64,000 nt of DNA from an uncultured bacterium (GTDB lineage: Bacteria; Abyssobacteria; SURF-5): positions 1 through 64,000 of the forward strand of contig CAZSKP010000026.1 of NCBI GenBank assembly GCA_964607485.1, read 5' to 3'. The position numbers and the translations under genes are program-made. Of this stretch, positions 37,436 through 48,410 are shown one piece after another (within the stretch, counting starts at the first letter, position 1; every line of letters starts with the position of its first letter). The notes under the pieces were generated by a model, which worked only from the letters and a program-made list of their open reading frames with translations, did no database searches and was not told where the DNA came from.

Positions 37436-40400
37436 ATGTATTTTAAGCAACTTGAGCTTTTCGGGTTCAAGTCGTTCGCGCAAAAGACCCGCCTGCAGCT
37501 CGAAAAGGGCACAGCTGCGATTGTCGGCCCCAACGGATGCGGCAAGAGCAACATAGCCGACGCGATCCGGTGGGTTCTAGGTGAGCAGAAGATGCGCGTC
37601 CTGCGTGGGCAACACATGGAAGATGTCATCTTCAACGGGAGCGATGACCGACATCCCCTTGGTATGGCGGAAGTTACGCTTGTCATGGACAACTCCAGCG
37701 GCCGTCTGCCGCTCGATTACTCCGAGGTGAGCATAACCCGGCGCCTCTTCCGCTCCGGCGAGAGCGAATACCACTTGAACAAGCTACCCTGCCGCAGAAA
37801 GGATATAGTCGAACTCTTCATGGGAACAGGGATCGGCGTCGATTCCTATTCGCTCATCGAGCAGGGGCGCATAGACCTTATCCTCAGTTCCAAGCCCGGA
37901 GAACGCCGCTACATATTCGAGGACGCCGCCGGAATCATAAAATACAAGAGCCGCAAGGACGCGGCTCTCAGAAAACTGGAGCGCACCGATGCAAACCTGC
38001 TCCGGCTGCAGGATACGATCATCGAAGTGCGTCGCCAGATAAACTCGCTCAAACGACAGGCCAACGCGGCTCGACGCTATCGTCAATTCCGCGATGAGTT
38101 GCGCTCGCTCGAGCTCAGGCTCGCGCTGCTTCAGTACGGGCGGCTGGATGAAGAACATGCCGGACTCAGGGAGCGTGTAAAGCGGCTGCAGGACCGGCTC
38201 GAGCAGGTCACGGCCAAGCAATCGACGGAAGAGAGCGAGCTCGAAAAGGCGCGGCTGGGCATGCTCGAATTGGAGAAGACGCTCTCAGGCTCGCACGAGC
38301 AGTCGCGCGATTTCCAGTCTCAGATAGAAAAAGTGGAGAGCCAGATCGCCCTGCTGCGCGAAAGGATATCGGCGGTAGATGAGCGCGAGAAGCGCGACCT
38401 GGCCGAGATAGAGGAACTCGAACGCTCACTCGAAGCGTTGAATAATGAGCGGAGGATGACAGGCGAAAAAGAACGCGAGGCGTCGGAACGAGCCTCCGAG
38501 GCCAAGGGCGAGCTCGACGCAAAAGAGGCCCAATTGGCCGGTCTGACCGAGGAGCTCGGCTCGTGTGAGGGCGGCATCGAGCAGTTGCGTTCGCTTTCGC
38601 TTGAGAAACTGAACAGGAAGGTCAACCTCCAGAACGAACTCGGCTCGATAGAAACCAATCTTCAGGTGCTCTCGAAGCGCATAGCCAAGCTTTCCGAACG
38701 GAAAGCTCAGATGGAAGAAAGCGTATCCAATTTTGAAAACCGACTGAGCGAGACCAGGAATATGACCAAATCCCTCCGCGCCGCCCTGGCCTCGCTCAGC
38801 TCGGAAATAAGCTCCGTCGCCGAAACCATCACATCAAAGGAATCCGAGCTCGAACAATCGATTGCAAAGCGAGACACCATCCGCGATTTCCTCAGCGCCG
38901 CACGCTCGAAGCTGTCTTCGCTCGAAGAACTTCGGGACACGTTCGAGGGGTACGAAGACGGCGTGCGCGCTGTGATGCTGGCCAAACAGCAGGGTGAGCC
39001 GCAGGCGAACGGCGTGCTGGGAACGCTCGCCGAACTTCTCCGCGCCGATACACAGCACGAGGCGGCCATCGAGTCGGCTCTCGGCCACAGGCTTCAGCAC
39101 GTCGTTGTCGAAGACGTCGAGACGGCTCGCCGGTGCGCGGAAATGCTCCGGTCGAACGGCGGCGGTCGGGCCAGTTTCATTCCACTGTCCTCGTTCAACT
39201 CGAACGGGCATGCCCTCGAAGGGCTGGCGCTTGCCGAAGGAATGGTCGGAAAAGCGGCGGACATGGTGAGCTGCGACGACAGGATGCGCCCGGTCGCAGA
39301 AGCGCTGCTTGGCTCGACCGTCATCGTGGACTCGCTCGACAGGGCGCTCGCGCTGGCCTCCTCGCTTCAGCCGCGATGCGACCTTGTGACGCTTCAAGGC
39401 GAGGCCGTTTCGGCCATCGGCATCATAAGCGTGGGCGACGCGGGCCAGGGGCGCGGGCTTCTTGGCCGAAAGAACGAGATAGAGGAGCTCAGGAACTCCA
39501 TCGGAAAAACGATCGCCGAGGCCGAGGCGGAAGACGCGAGAATATCCGGGCTGAAACGCGACATCGAGCACAATCAAGAGCTTCTTCAAAAACTCCGGTC
39601 CGCCGTCGGCTCTCACGAGGTCGAGCTTGCCAAGGCGGAGCGCGACGAACAGCAGCTCAGCGACGGAAAGAAGCGCGACGAGCAGGAGCGCGACGTGCTC
39701 TCGCATGAGCATGCGCTTGCCGTGAATGAAAACCAGGAACTGACGAGGCAGCGCCAGGAACTCCTCCTGCAGATAGAACACGCGACGAATGTCGAGACGG
39801 AGACCAAGGAAAAGCTGAGAGTAGCGGGAGAGAGGTTGGGTGAGCTCAGGAATCGGAAGGACAGTCTCGCGGCGGAGATAACCGATTTCAAAGTCAACGT
39901 CTCATCCCTCGAACTTACCTGTAAGACGTTCAGGCACGAACTCGGACGGCTGGAAAGCGACGCGCAGGAGGCGAACCGCCGCATCACGGAAAAGCGGAAG
40001 GATATCGACGAGGGCGCCGAGGCAAGAGATGGGTTCGCTCGTGAGATCGAGGCGTCCCGCGCGGCGATTCAGCAGATATTCGAGCAGAAGCACCGCCTCG
40101 ATTCGGAAATCGAAAAACTCGAAGAGCAGAAGCGCCTGCTCTCCGAAAGCATAGAGGCGATCGAGGGCAACCTCAAGCAGACGCGGGCCATGATGCAGCA
40201 AACGGCCGACCACCATCATCAGGCCGAAATCGCGCTCGCGCAAACCGGCGAGAAGATTTCTTTCCTGAAGGAGAAGACGCTCTCGGAGTATCGGCTCTCG
40301 ATGTCCGAGGTAGCTCAGGAAATCACGGTCGAAGACGAGTTCGACCCGCAGGCCGCGTCGGAAGAGGCCCAGAGGCTGAGGGAGAAAATCGAGTCGATGG

Positions 40401-41029
40401 GCCCGGTGAACCTGATAGCCATCGAGGAGTTCGAAGAATTGCAGCACCGGTACGACTTCCTTATCCAGCAGGAGGCCGACCTCAGGAAGGCGAAGGAAGC
40501 GCTTCTCGGAATCATCAAGAAGATAAATGAAACCACGCAAACGATGTTCATGGAGACGTTCGAGCAGATTCGCTCGCATTTCCACGAGATATTCCGACAC
40601 CTCTTCGGCGGCGGACGCGCCAGCGTGTATCTCATCGACCCGGACGACCCGCTCGAGAGCGGCATCGAGATAAACGTGCATCCGCCCGGGAAGAAGGCAC
40701 AGAACATCTCGCTCCTTTCCGGAGGCGAAAAGGCCCTCACCGCGATCGCGCTCATGTTCGCCATCTTCAGGACGAAGCCCAGCCCGTTCTGCGTGCTCGA
40801 CGAGGTGGACGCGGCGCTCGACGACAGCAACATCCTGCGGTTCGCTCAGCTTGTGACCATGTTTTCGGAGGACGTCCAGTTCATCGTCATCACTCACAAT
40901 AAGCGCACGATGGAACTGGCCGACGTGCTGTACGGCGTCACGATGGAAGAGCGCGGCGTCAGTCAGATCGTCTCGGTCAAGCTTAAGAAGGCGACCGCTT
41001 TCGAATTCCTTGAGCCCAGCGTGGCTTAG
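37436..41029 (+). CDS. smc: Chromosome segregation protein SMC
   Basis: GFKSF, GPNGCGKSN, hinge GRASFIPL, LSGGE and LDEVDAALD motifs. Confidence 0.97.
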   Translation: MYFKQLELFGFKSFAQKTRLQLEKGTAAIVGPNGCGKSNIADAIRWVLGEQKMRVLRGQHMEDVIFNGSDDRHPLGMAEVTLVMDNSSGRLPLDYSEVSITRRLFRSGESEYHLNKLPCRRKDIVELFMGTGIGVDSYSLIEQGRIDLILSSKPGERRYIFEDAAGIIKYKSRKDAALRKLERTDANLLRLQDTIIEVRRQINSLKRQANAARRYRQFRDELRSLELRLALLQYGRLDEEHAGLRERVKRLQDRLEQVTAKQSTEESELEKARLGMLELEKTLSGSHEQSRDFQSQIEKVESQIALLRERISAVDEREKRDLAEIEELERSLEALNNERRMTGEKEREASERASEAKGELDAKEAQLAGLTEELGSCEGGIEQLRSLSLEKLNRKVNLQNELGSIETNLQVLSKRIAKLSERKAQMEESVSNFENRLSETRNMTKSLRAALASLSSEISSVAETITSKESELEQSIAKRDTIRDFLSAARSKLSSLEELRDTFEGYEDGVRAVMLAKQQGEPQANGVLGTLAELLRADTQHEAAIESALGHRLQHVVVEDVETARRCAEMLRSNGGGRASFIPLSSFNSNGHALEGLALAEGMVGKAADMVSCDDRMRPVAEALLGSTVIVDSLDRALALASSLQPRCDLVTLQGEAVSAIGIISVGDAGQGRGLLGRKNEIEELRNSIGKTIAEAEAEDARISGLKRDIEHNQELLQKLRSAVGSHEVELAKAERDEQQLSDGKKRDEQERDVLSHEHALAVNENQELTRQRQELLLQIEHATNVETETKEKLRVAGERLGELRNRKDSLAAEITDFKVNVSSLELTCKTFRHELGRLESDAQEANRRITEKRKDIDEGAEARDGFAREIEASRAAIQQIFEQKHRLDSEIEKLEEQKRLLSESIEAIEGNLKQTRAMMQQTADHHHQAEIALAQTGEKISFLKEKTLSEYRLSMSEVAQEITVEDEFDPQAASEEAQRLREKIESMGPVNLIAIEEFEELQHRYDFLIQQEADLRKAKEALLGIIKKINETTQTMFMETFEQIRSHFHEIFRHLFGGGRASVYLIDPDDPLESGIEINVHPPGKKAQNISLLSGGEKALTAIALMFAIFRTKPSPFCVLDEVDAALDDSNILRFAQLVTMFSEDVQFIVITHNKRTMELADVLYGVTMEERGVSQIVSVKLKKATAFEFLEPSVA

Positions 41030-41169
41030 TGGTATAATACAGCGCAGTTCCCACCCTGCGGGACAGAATTCGGTTTCGTCCCGCTCTTTTTTTGCGGAAT
41101 CAAGTCGGGCTTTTCACCTCCGGCGGTTTTTCGTCGGAGCCCGGATTCGATGGAAGGAATCGACGGATA

Positions 41170-42105
41170 ATGAACGAAAAGAACCGGACCGGCATCATCG
41201 CAAGGCTCCGGAGCCGACTGGGCAAGGCCCGCGAGGGCTTTGCGTCACGCGTGCGGAGAGTGCTTCGGGGCGGCAAGATAGATGAGGACGTGTTTGAGGA
41301 GCTAGAGGCGACGCTCATCCAGGCCGACATGGGAGTGAAGACGACGACCGAGCTTCTAGAAAAAATGCGCGCACGTGTGAAGGCCGACCGACTGACCGAC
41401 GCCGAGCAGCTTTACTCCGTGCTCGAAGAGGAGTTGGTCGCATTGATGTCGCCCCCGGCCGAAGCCGGCCCCGAGGCCGCTCAGCCATCCGGCCCGCGCG
41501 TCACATTGATGATAGGCGTGAACGGCGTCGGCAAGACCACCACCATCGGCAAGCTCGCGCACATGCGTCGCGGCGAAGGTAAGAAGGTAATGGTTGCCGC
41601 GTCCGACACCTTCCGCGCCGCCGCCGTCGAGCAACTGGAGATATGGGCTGAGCGGGCGGGAGCGGACATCGTGAAACACAAATCGGGGGCCGACCCCGCC
41701 GCGGTGGCATACGATGCGCTTTCCGCCGCCCACGCGAGAAAGTGCGATCACCTGATAATCGACACCGCCGGCCGTCTCCACACAAAAACGCCCCTGATGG
41801 AAGAACTGAAGAAGGTCAAGCGCGTCGTCGGCAAGCTCGACGCGACCGCGCCGCACGAGGTCCTCATGGTACTCGATGCGACCACCGGCCAGAACGCGCT
41901 CTCCCAGGCGCGTCTGTTCACCGAGGCGCTGGGCGTGACGGGTATCGTCCTCACCAAGCTCGACGGCACCGCCAAGGGCGGCATCGTCGTAGCGGTACAA
42001 CAGGAGTTCGGCATCCCCGTCAAATACATCGGCGTGGGCGAGTCCCTCGACGACCTCAAGCCCTTCCACCCCGACGAATTCGTGAAGGCGCTGTTCGAGG
42101 ATTAA
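41170..42105 (+). CDS. ftsY: SRP receptor FtsY
   Basis: GVNGVGKTTT, DTFRAAA, DTAGR and TKLDGTAKGG motifs. Confidence 0.97.
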   Translation: MNEKNRTGIIARLRSRLGKAREGFASRVRRVLRGGKIDEDVFEELEATLIQADMGVKTTTELLEKMRARVKADRLTDAEQLYSVLEEELVALMSPPAEAGPEAAQPSGPRVTLMIGVNGVGKTTTIGKLAHMRRGEGKKVMVAASDTFRAAAVEQLEIWAERAGADIVKHKSGADPAAVAYDALSAAHARKCDHLIIDTAGRLHTKTPLMEELKKVKRVVGKLDATAPHEVLMVLDATTGQNALSQARLFTEALGVTGIVLTKLDGTAKGGIVVAVQQEFGIPVKYIGVGESLDDLKPFHPDEFVKALFED

Positions 42106-42221
42106 GTTTCCCGCGCAAATCACAGTTAGCCGTAGCTTTTTCCTCCCGTGTGTTCAATGGCTGCAAGCACGAGCCGGTGATATAATGAGGGTGGGCTGGA
42201 CGAAATCTTCTGGAAAATGCA

Positions 42222-43004
42222 ATGAAAGTCATTATCATGGGGTCGGGGACCTCGCTCGGGGTTCCGGTAATAGGGTGCAACTGCGAGGTGTGCACGTCGT
42301 CTGACCCGAGGAATAAGCGCACGCGCGCGTCGATCTGCGTGCAGACTGCGTCGGGCAAGAACATCCTGGTGGACACCGCGACCGAGCTTCGGCTGCAGGC
42401 GGTGCGCAGCGGAATATCCTCGGTCGAGATGATCCTTTTCACGCATTATCACGCCGATCACATCCACGGGCTGGACGACGTGAGGGTGTTCAACTGGAAA
42501 TCGCAAGGCTCGATCCCGTGCTACGGCGACGAGCCGACCGTCGAAAGATTGAGGCGAGTGTTCTTCTACGCGTTCGACCATGATTATTCGTGGGGCGCGA
42601 TCCCTCATATAACGCTCGCGTCCATGCCCGATGAGCTTGCGGTCGAGGAGGTCCGAATCACTCCCGTCAAACTGCTGCACGGGCGGGCGGAGATTCTGGG
42701 GTTTCGGTTCAACGATGCGGCGTACCTGACTGATTGCAGCGGGATACCGCACGAGTCGATGGAACAACTGAAGGGGTTGAGGCTTCTGATAATTGACGCG
42801 CTGCGTTACCGGCCGCATCCGACGCATTTCAACCTCGAAGGCGCCCTCGAGGCTATCGAGTGGATAGGCCCCGAACGCGCCCTGCTGACTCATTTGAGCC
42901 ACGAGTTCGACCACGAGAAGGCCGAAGCGGATCTGCCCGCGAACGTTCGGCTCTCCTATGACGGCCAGGTGGTGGAAATGCCGCCGCAAGGAGGCGCGAG
43001 ATGA
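42222..43004 (+). CDS. MBL-fold hydrolase (PhnP-like)
   Basis: GSGTSLGVP..CNCEVC, THYHADHIHG and THLSH motifs. Confidence 0.9.
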   Translation: MKVIIMGSGTSLGVPVIGCNCEVCTSSDPRNKRTRASICVQTASGKNILVDTATELRLQAVRSGISSVEMILFTHYHADHIHGLDDVRVFNWKSQGSIPCYGDEPTVERLRRVFFYAFDHDYSWGAIPHITLASMPDELAVEEVRITPVKLLHGRAEILGFRFNDAAYLTDCSGIPHESMEQLKGLRLLIIDALRYRPHPTHFNLEGALEAIEWIGPERALLTHLSHEFDHEKAEADLPANVRLSYDGQVVEMPPQGGAR

Positions 43005-43261
43005 AGCTGTATCATCTCTGGACCTGCCCGTACTGCTTCCGGGTACGAAGAAAGCTCAAGCAGCTCGGGGTAGAGTATGAGGGGATTTGGGTCGGATTCC
43101 ACCCCCGCAGGTGGGCGGAGGTGGAGCAATTGACGGGCAAGGCGATGGTTCCCGTGCTGGTGGATGGGGATAAGGTAATCAACGAGTCCGCCGTCATATG
43201 CAATTACCTGGAGAACAATTATCCCATTGACTCACGCGGACGCGGGAGCAAGGAGCGCTGA
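43001..43261 (+). CDS. Glutaredoxin / GST N-terminal domain protein
   Basis: CPYC, VPVLVD and ES..I..YL motifs. Confidence 0.85.
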   Translation: MKLYHLWTCPYCFRVRRKLKQLGVEYEGIWVGFHPRRWAEVEQLTGKAMVPVLVDGDKVINESAVICNYLENNYPIDSRGRGSKER

Positions 43262-43445
43262 GCCCCATCCATAGTTTGTGCCCAGCCGCGCCATTCCAAT
43301 CCCCATAAAAAGCTTATTCTCCGAAGTCATTTGGGCACCGGGCTTTCCAACGCCCTGGTCTTCACTGGAGAAAATTATTACTTGACACAATAATAGCCCA
43401 TATGTTAAAAGAACATGGACAGGCCAAGGGCAGGGGATCCCGTCG

Positions 43446-44945
43446 ATGGACCTCATCACTCTGACAGCGACTAACGACGAAAGGGCGAGGCGTCTCTTGG
43501 ACCTGTGCCTTGGGCCGTCATACAATCTGATACAAGCCCGAAGTATCCGCGAGATGTTGGATGCGCTTCAGAGTACCTCGGTCGACATCGTCATCGTGGA
43601 CGAACTGCTGGACGGTCGCCCCGTTTCCGAACTTCTGCCCGAGATTTTTGAAATCAGCAAGTATGTCGTGGTGCTCGTCATGGCAGAGGACACTGAGGCC
43701 GGGCCGATAGCAGATGCCCTGAGACAGGGGGCGCACGACACAATCTCGAAGCCCATAGACAAGAAGAGAGTAACACAAAAAATTGAGAGAACGGCGCGGC
43801 TCGCTCGGCTGCTGGGGGAACTCCGCGTCGGACGCGAGCACGGGAAGGAGCGCCGCTCCACACTCTCCCTGCCCATCGGACCCGAAACGGGCCGGGCGCA
43901 AACCTCTCAGGCGGCTTTCCCGCCGTATGGAGCAGGCCAGCCCTATGGGTTCTTGGGAAAGCTGGCAGAGGCGGCGACAAGCATCCGAGACACAAAGAGA
44001 CTCTTCGGCCTCATAGTCGAAGCGGCCACGGATGTTCTCACGGTCAACCAGGCCGCTCTGGTGCTTGTCGAAGAAGACGGCTACAGGCTTTCGGTCCGAG
44101 CGTCGAGGGGATTGGACGAAGAATTTCTGAACCAGATGAAATTTTCCGTGAGCGAAGGCATTTACGCGTGGCTCTGGAAAAATGGCCGCATACTTTTCAC
44201 TGATGAGGCGGAACACAGCACCGGCATGGAAGAGATGGAGGCGATCAGGAAAGAGGCCAAGATTTTGCAGGCAAAGCTGTGCATACCCCTCGGGCTCAAA
44301 AGAAAGCCGTTCGGCTACCTTTCTCTTGGCGGCAAGTTCACGGGCGAGCCTTATAGGAAAGAAGAGCTGGAGTCCACTTTTACTCTTTCCGAATATGCTT
44401 CTGCGGCCATCGAGAACGCCATCGTGTTTGGAAGGTACAGGGAGCTCTCAACCACGGACGAACTCACCCGATTATACAATCGGCGCTACTGCAAGAAGTA
44501 CCTGGAGGACGAGATAGACCGCTCGAAGAGATATGGCCGTCCGCTGTCGGTTGCCATATTCGACATTGACCATTTCAAGACTATCAATGACGATCTCGGC
44601 CATCCGGCGGGCGACGAAGTCCTGAAGGCCGTGGCCCGGTTCCTGCTCAAATGCTCGAGAGGCACGGACGTTGTGGGGAGATGGGGGGGAGAAGAGTTCA
44701 TCGCAATATTGCCCGAGACTGAGGCGGAAGTCGCATATACGTATTGCGAGCGAGTCCGCCTTGGCGTGGCGGAACAGCTTGGCAAGAGGGAGGGCGAGCA
44801 ATTTGTGCACATGGGCCTTACAGTGAGCGGGGGAGTTGCCTCTTTCGAGCCGGCGACGGATACGCTCGAGACGATCATCGAGCGCGCCGACCAGGCTCTG
44901 TACGCCGCCAAACGTAACGGACGCAACCGATTCGAAAAACTGTGA
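43446..44945 (+). CDS. REC-GAF-GGDEF diguanylate cyclase
   Basis: Receiver-like N-terminus, GAF, DIDHFK, RGTD I-site, GGEEF. Confidence 0.9.
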   Translation: MDLITLTATNDERARRLLDLCLGPSYNLIQARSIREMLDALQSTSVDIVIVDELLDGRPVSELLPEIFEISKYVVVLVMAEDTEAGPIADALRQGAHDTISKPIDKKRVTQKIERTARLARLLGELRVGREHGKERRSTLSLPIGPETGRAQTSQAAFPPYGAGQPYGFLGKLAEAATSIRDTKRLFGLIVEAATDVLTVNQAALVLVEEDGYRLSVRASRGLDEEFLNQMKFSVSEGIYAWLWKNGRILFTDEAEHSTGMEEMEAIRKEAKILQAKLCIPLGLKRKPFGYLSLGGKFTGEPYRKEELESTFTLSEYASAAIENAIVFGRYRELSTTDELTRLYNRRYCKKYLEDEIDRSKRYGRPLSVAIFDIDHFKTINDDLGHPAGDEVLKAVARFLLKCSRGTDVVGRWGGEEFIAILPETEAEVAYTYCERVRLGVAEQLGKREGEQFVHMGLTVSGGVASFEPATDTLETIIERADQALYAAKRNGRNRFEKL

Positions 44946-45047
44946 TTGGTGTGGCCCGCGTTTTTGTGTGCGCGGTGTCTTCTGATGTATAATTGAACGA
45001 GCGAAGTCTTCGGTATGCGGTCGCGTGACTGGAAGGGAGAGTCCCAG

Positions 45048-45554
45048 GTGAGCCTATCTTCCAAACAAAAAGAGATCGAGGCGTGCTTCGCCGAGCCCGA
45101 GGCGGCTGTGACGTGCTTCTTCAACTCGCTTCTTGGTCATGTGCGCAACTGGCCGCGCGCTTACTCCTGCCTTGCTCCGGCCGCCCGCAGCACATTCGAT
45201 TCCGAGCGCGGCCTTCTCTCGTTTGCAGACTATTGGGAAGACAAGCTTTCCTTTCTCGAAGAGATCGTAAAGAAACGTCATGCGGAATACCCTTACCGCC
45301 ACCGTAGCTGCTTCTCCCTGGACCGCGTCCGTCGCGAGGAGGTCTCGGCCGCACGCGCGGTCATCGCGGTCGAGCTTGTGGAGAACCATGTCGCGCCGGA
45401 ACGCCTGCTGGTGCTCCAGACGAAGGAATTGTCAAGACACGGACGGGGCTGGCTATTGGACAGCGGCGAACTGGACGGCAACCTGAACGAAATCATCGTG
45501 CCCCGGTATCCCCGGGGGCGCATCGTTTCCCCTGGCCCTGCCGGCCGAGATTGA
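45048..45554 (+). CDS. Hypothetical protein (possible NTF2-like fold)
   Basis: PEAAV..FF..L..W..AY..L pattern and terminal GWLL; GTG start inferred. Confidence 0.55.
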   Translation: MSLSSKQKEIEACFAEPEAAVTCFFNSLLGHVRNWPRAYSCLAPAARSTFDSERGLLSFADYWEDKLSFLEEIVKKRHAEYPYRHRSCFSLDRVRREEVSAARAVIAVELVENHVAPERLLVLQTKELSRHGRGWLLDSGELDGNLNEIIVPRYPRGRIVSPGPAGRD

Positions 45555-45678
45555 AGCAAGAACGCCCCACAAGAAAGTCGCTGCGGGTCAAACTCATCGG
45601 GCCGGTTTCGTCGGCGCCTGCTTTATCAAGATTCGTTTCGTATCCATCGACGCACAAATTGTGTTAAGATAGATTTGG

Positions 45679-46311
45679 ATGGAGGGATACGACGTGCCGA
45701 GAGTTCTGGCCATCGCATCGAGCCCGCGCAGGAACGGCAACTCCGAAACCCTTCTCGACGCATGTCTGGAAGGTGTGCGCGAGGCAGGCCTGTCCAGCGA
45801 AAAATTCCGGATATGCGACCTGAAGATATCCCCGTGCCTGAACTGCGGAGGATGCGAGCGGACCGGCCAGTGTGTCATAGACGACGATATGCAGATGCTG
45901 CACCGGAAATTCTCTGAGTCCGACATTCTGATCGTGTCGTCTCCCGTCTTTTTTATGGGACTTCCGGCTCAACTGAAGGCGGTGGTTGACCGATGTCAGG
46001 CCATCTGGGTTCGCAAATACGTGCTCCGACGGCGCATGCCCAACCTCGATTCGCGCCGTGCGCTCTTCATTCAGGTCGGAGGGATGAAAAAGAAGAGTGT
46101 GTTCGACGGCGGCCTGCCGACCATCACAGCCTTCTTCGCCACGCTCGATTATGAGTTCTTTGGAAAACTTCTGCTCAATGATATCGACGCAAGAGACGCC
46201 GTGCGGTCTCATCCGACCGCGCTCGCACAAGCCCGGAAAATGGGGTTCGAGATCGCAGCCGACAATCTGCGAAGCGAAACGGGAGAAGCCATCCGCCGAA
46301 AAAGCGACTGA
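45679..46311 (+). CDS. Iron-sulfur flavoprotein (flavodoxin family)
   Basis: SSPRRNGNS, CLNCGGC..C and SPVFF motifs; start may be GTG 45694. Confidence 0.87.
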   Translation: MEGYDVPRVLAIASSPRRNGNSETLLDACLEGVREAGLSSEKFRICDLKISPCLNCGGCERTGQCVIDDDMQMLHRKFSESDILIVSSPVFFMGLPAQLKAVVDRCQAIWVRKYVLRRRMPNLDSRRALFIQVGGMKKKSVFDGGLPTITAFFATLDYEFFGKLLLNDIDARDAVRSHPTALAQARKMGFEIAADNLRSETGEAIRRKSD

Positions 46312-46320
46312 GAGGACGGC

Positions 46321-47358
46321 ATGGATAAGAGAAAGACACGGGCGACCGCGAAGAAAGTCGCTAAGCTGCTCAAGGTGCTCTCCGGCAAGAAGAGAATACT
46401 GGTTATTTCGCACGACAATCCCGACCCCGATACGCTGGCCAGCGCCTTCGCGCTTCGCGACCTTATCCAAAAAAAACTCGAAGCGGAGGTCGCCATCGGG
46501 TTCACTGGCATCATAGGCAGGGCCGAAAACAGGGCCATGATTCAGCAACTCGCCATTCCTTTGAAGCGCCTGGACGAGATGGACCTCTCGAAGTTCGACG
46601 CAACCGTTCTGGTCGACAGCCAGCCGCACTCCGGCCCGCTGGGTCTGCCCGAGATGATCAAGCCGGATGTGGTCATCGACCATCATCCCCTCCATCCCCA
46701 ATCGCGGAAGATCGAGTTCCATGACATCCAAAGCCGCATCGGAGCGACCTCGACGATAATCACACAGTATTACATTGCCGAAGAAATGGAGATGGACCCG
46801 CGCCTGGCGACCGCGCTGCTGTACGGCATCAAATCCGATACGCGCGACCTCGGCCGGGAGACGAGCAAGTACGACCTCGAGGCGTACCTCCATCTCTATC
46901 CACGCGCAAACTTGAAATTGCTGTCAAGAATAGAATATGCCGAAGTGCCGGCGGAATACTTCAAGATTTACGACCGGGCAATCGGTAACGCGACGACATT
47001 TGACAACGCCATTATCAGCTTTCTGGGAGAGATCAGTAACCCTGATATGGTGGCCGAAATGGCTGACACGCTTGCCCGGCTCGAAGGCACCCGCTGCGCA
47101 CTCGTCGGCGGATATTATGACAACCAGATATTCGTATCCGTCCGAACGAGGGATTCGGAAATCAATGCCGGCAAGCTCGTGCAGCGCGTGATAGGAAAAC
47201 TGGGGGCCTCGGGCGGTCACGGAAGCATGTCGGCGGGCCGGATAAAGATGGAATCGATGTCGGACAAGGAAAAAACCAGCATCGAGAGAACAATCGTCCG
47301 CCGGCTCAAACATGCGCTGAAGGTGAAGGACAGGCGCGCGAAGAAGCTTGTCGAATAG
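46321..47358 (+). CDS. DHH-family phosphoesterase
   Basis: HDNPDPD, VD, IDHH, GIKSDT and GGH motifs. Confidence 0.88.
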   Translation: MDKRKTRATAKKVAKLLKVLSGKKRILVISHDNPDPDTLASAFALRDLIQKKLEAEVAIGFTGIIGRAENRAMIQQLAIPLKRLDEMDLSKFDATVLVDSQPHSGPLGLPEMIKPDVVIDHHPLHPQSRKIEFHDIQSRIGATSTIITQYYIAEEMEMDPRLATALLYGIKSDTRDLGRETSKYDLEAYLHLYPRANLKLLSRIEYAEVPAEYFKIYDRAIGNATTFDNAIISFLGEISNPDMVAEMADTLARLEGTRCALVGGYYDNQIFVSVRTRDSEINAGKLVQRVIGKLGASGGHGSMSAGRIKMESMSDKEKTSIERTIVRRLKHALKVKDRRAKKLVE

Positions 47359-47408
47359 CGCCCGGCGAGGTCGTTTTCCCGCTCTTTCCCACTTTTCGAA
47401 AATCTTAC

Positions 47409-47437
47409 TTGACAGAAAGACGATAGTCTGTTATTTT
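47409..47437 (+). promoter_or_regulatory. sigma70 promoter with an AGAC-N4-GTCT operator-like palindrome
   Basis: TTGACA-N17-TATTTT upstream of TetR. Confidence 0.5.
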
Positions 47438-47470
47438 GCTTATCTGTGAGTCCTCTGCGAAATTCCGACC

Positions 47471-48154
47471 ATGAGTGAAAAAACCGATCCGGACACCAGA
47501 AAGGCAATAGTCGAGGCCTCGACGAGGCTGTTCACAAAACGAGGATATCACGGCACCTCTGTCTCCCAGATAGCGGAGGCGACCGGCCTGACAAAGGGCG
47601 CCCTCTATTGGTATTTCAAGGGAAAAGAGGATTTGTTCCTCACCGTGCTCGATTGCATCAGGGATAAGTGGCAGAACACCATCATGAGCAGGGTAGAGGC
47701 CTCACAATCTGTCATTCAAAAGCTGGAGCAGCTTTTCGACGCCACGTCGGAGATGGTGGCGACCGGCGAAAGCCCCTGCTCGATGTATCTGTTCCTCGTC
47801 TCGGCGGGCGCCCAGCAGGAAATGCGCGAATTCGAGGATGCCATCAAGGCCGCCTACGCGGGATACGTCGAAAGCCTGGCCGACACGATAAGAGCCGGGC
47901 AGGAAGACGGCGAGATAAATAGGGACGTCGATGCCCAGTCGGTCGCGGTGGGAATTATCGGATGCCTCGAGGGCGTCGTCCTCCAGGCCCGCCTCCATCC
48001 GCCCGCGACGATCGCTGCGTCGATAGCCGAGATGAAACGCCGCTTCATCCAGTCACTCAGCACATCTCCGGCACGTCCGCCTAAGAGGGAAAAACCCGCC
48101 CCAGTCAGAGAAAAAACGCTGCCCGTCACTGCCGACCAGCTTAGTCTCTTTTGA
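47471..48154 (+). CDS. TetR/AcrR-family regulator
   Basis: GYHGTSVSQIAEATGLTKGALYWYFKGKEDL HTH. Confidence 0.92.
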   Translation: MSEKTDPDTRKAIVEASTRLFTKRGYHGTSVSQIAEATGLTKGALYWYFKGKEDLFLTVLDCIRDKWQNTIMSRVEASQSVIQKLEQLFDATSEMVATGESPCSMYLFLVSAGAQQEMREFEDAIKAAYAGYVESLADTIRAGQEDGEINRDVDAQSVAVGIIGCLEGVVLQARLHPPATIAASIAEMKRRFIQSLSTSPARPPKREKPAPVREKTLPVTADQLSLF

Positions 48155-48257
48155 GCTTACCCCTAAAGCGTGCACCAATTTGCGAATTCCGCAGGACGAT
48201 CAGTCGAGCGAGTTCGATACACAAAAAATGCCGCCCGGGTGTTGGCCCAGGCGGCGG

Positions 48258-48343
48258 TGCGGGGAGGGGGACTTGAACCCCCACGGGATATAGCTCCCGT
48301 CAGCCCCTCAAGCTGGTGTGTCTGCCAATTCCACCACCCCCGC
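48258..48343 (-). tRNA. tRNA-Leu(GAG)
   Basis: GCGGGGG/CCCCGC acceptor stem, TGGTGGAATTGGCAGAC D-arm, TTGAGGG anticodon loop, long variable arm, GGTTCAAGTCC T-arm; CCA not fully encoded. Confidence 0.93.
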
Positions 48344-48410
48344 AAGCTGTTACCATCATTATAACTTCGCCCATAGAAAATGTCAATCGCAGTGAATCGG
48401 GTGGTGGAGC

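Noticed and set aside
48258-48343. tRNA-Leu as an island integration site
   Set aside because: No duplicated 3' end, no integrase, and host-like genes on both sides
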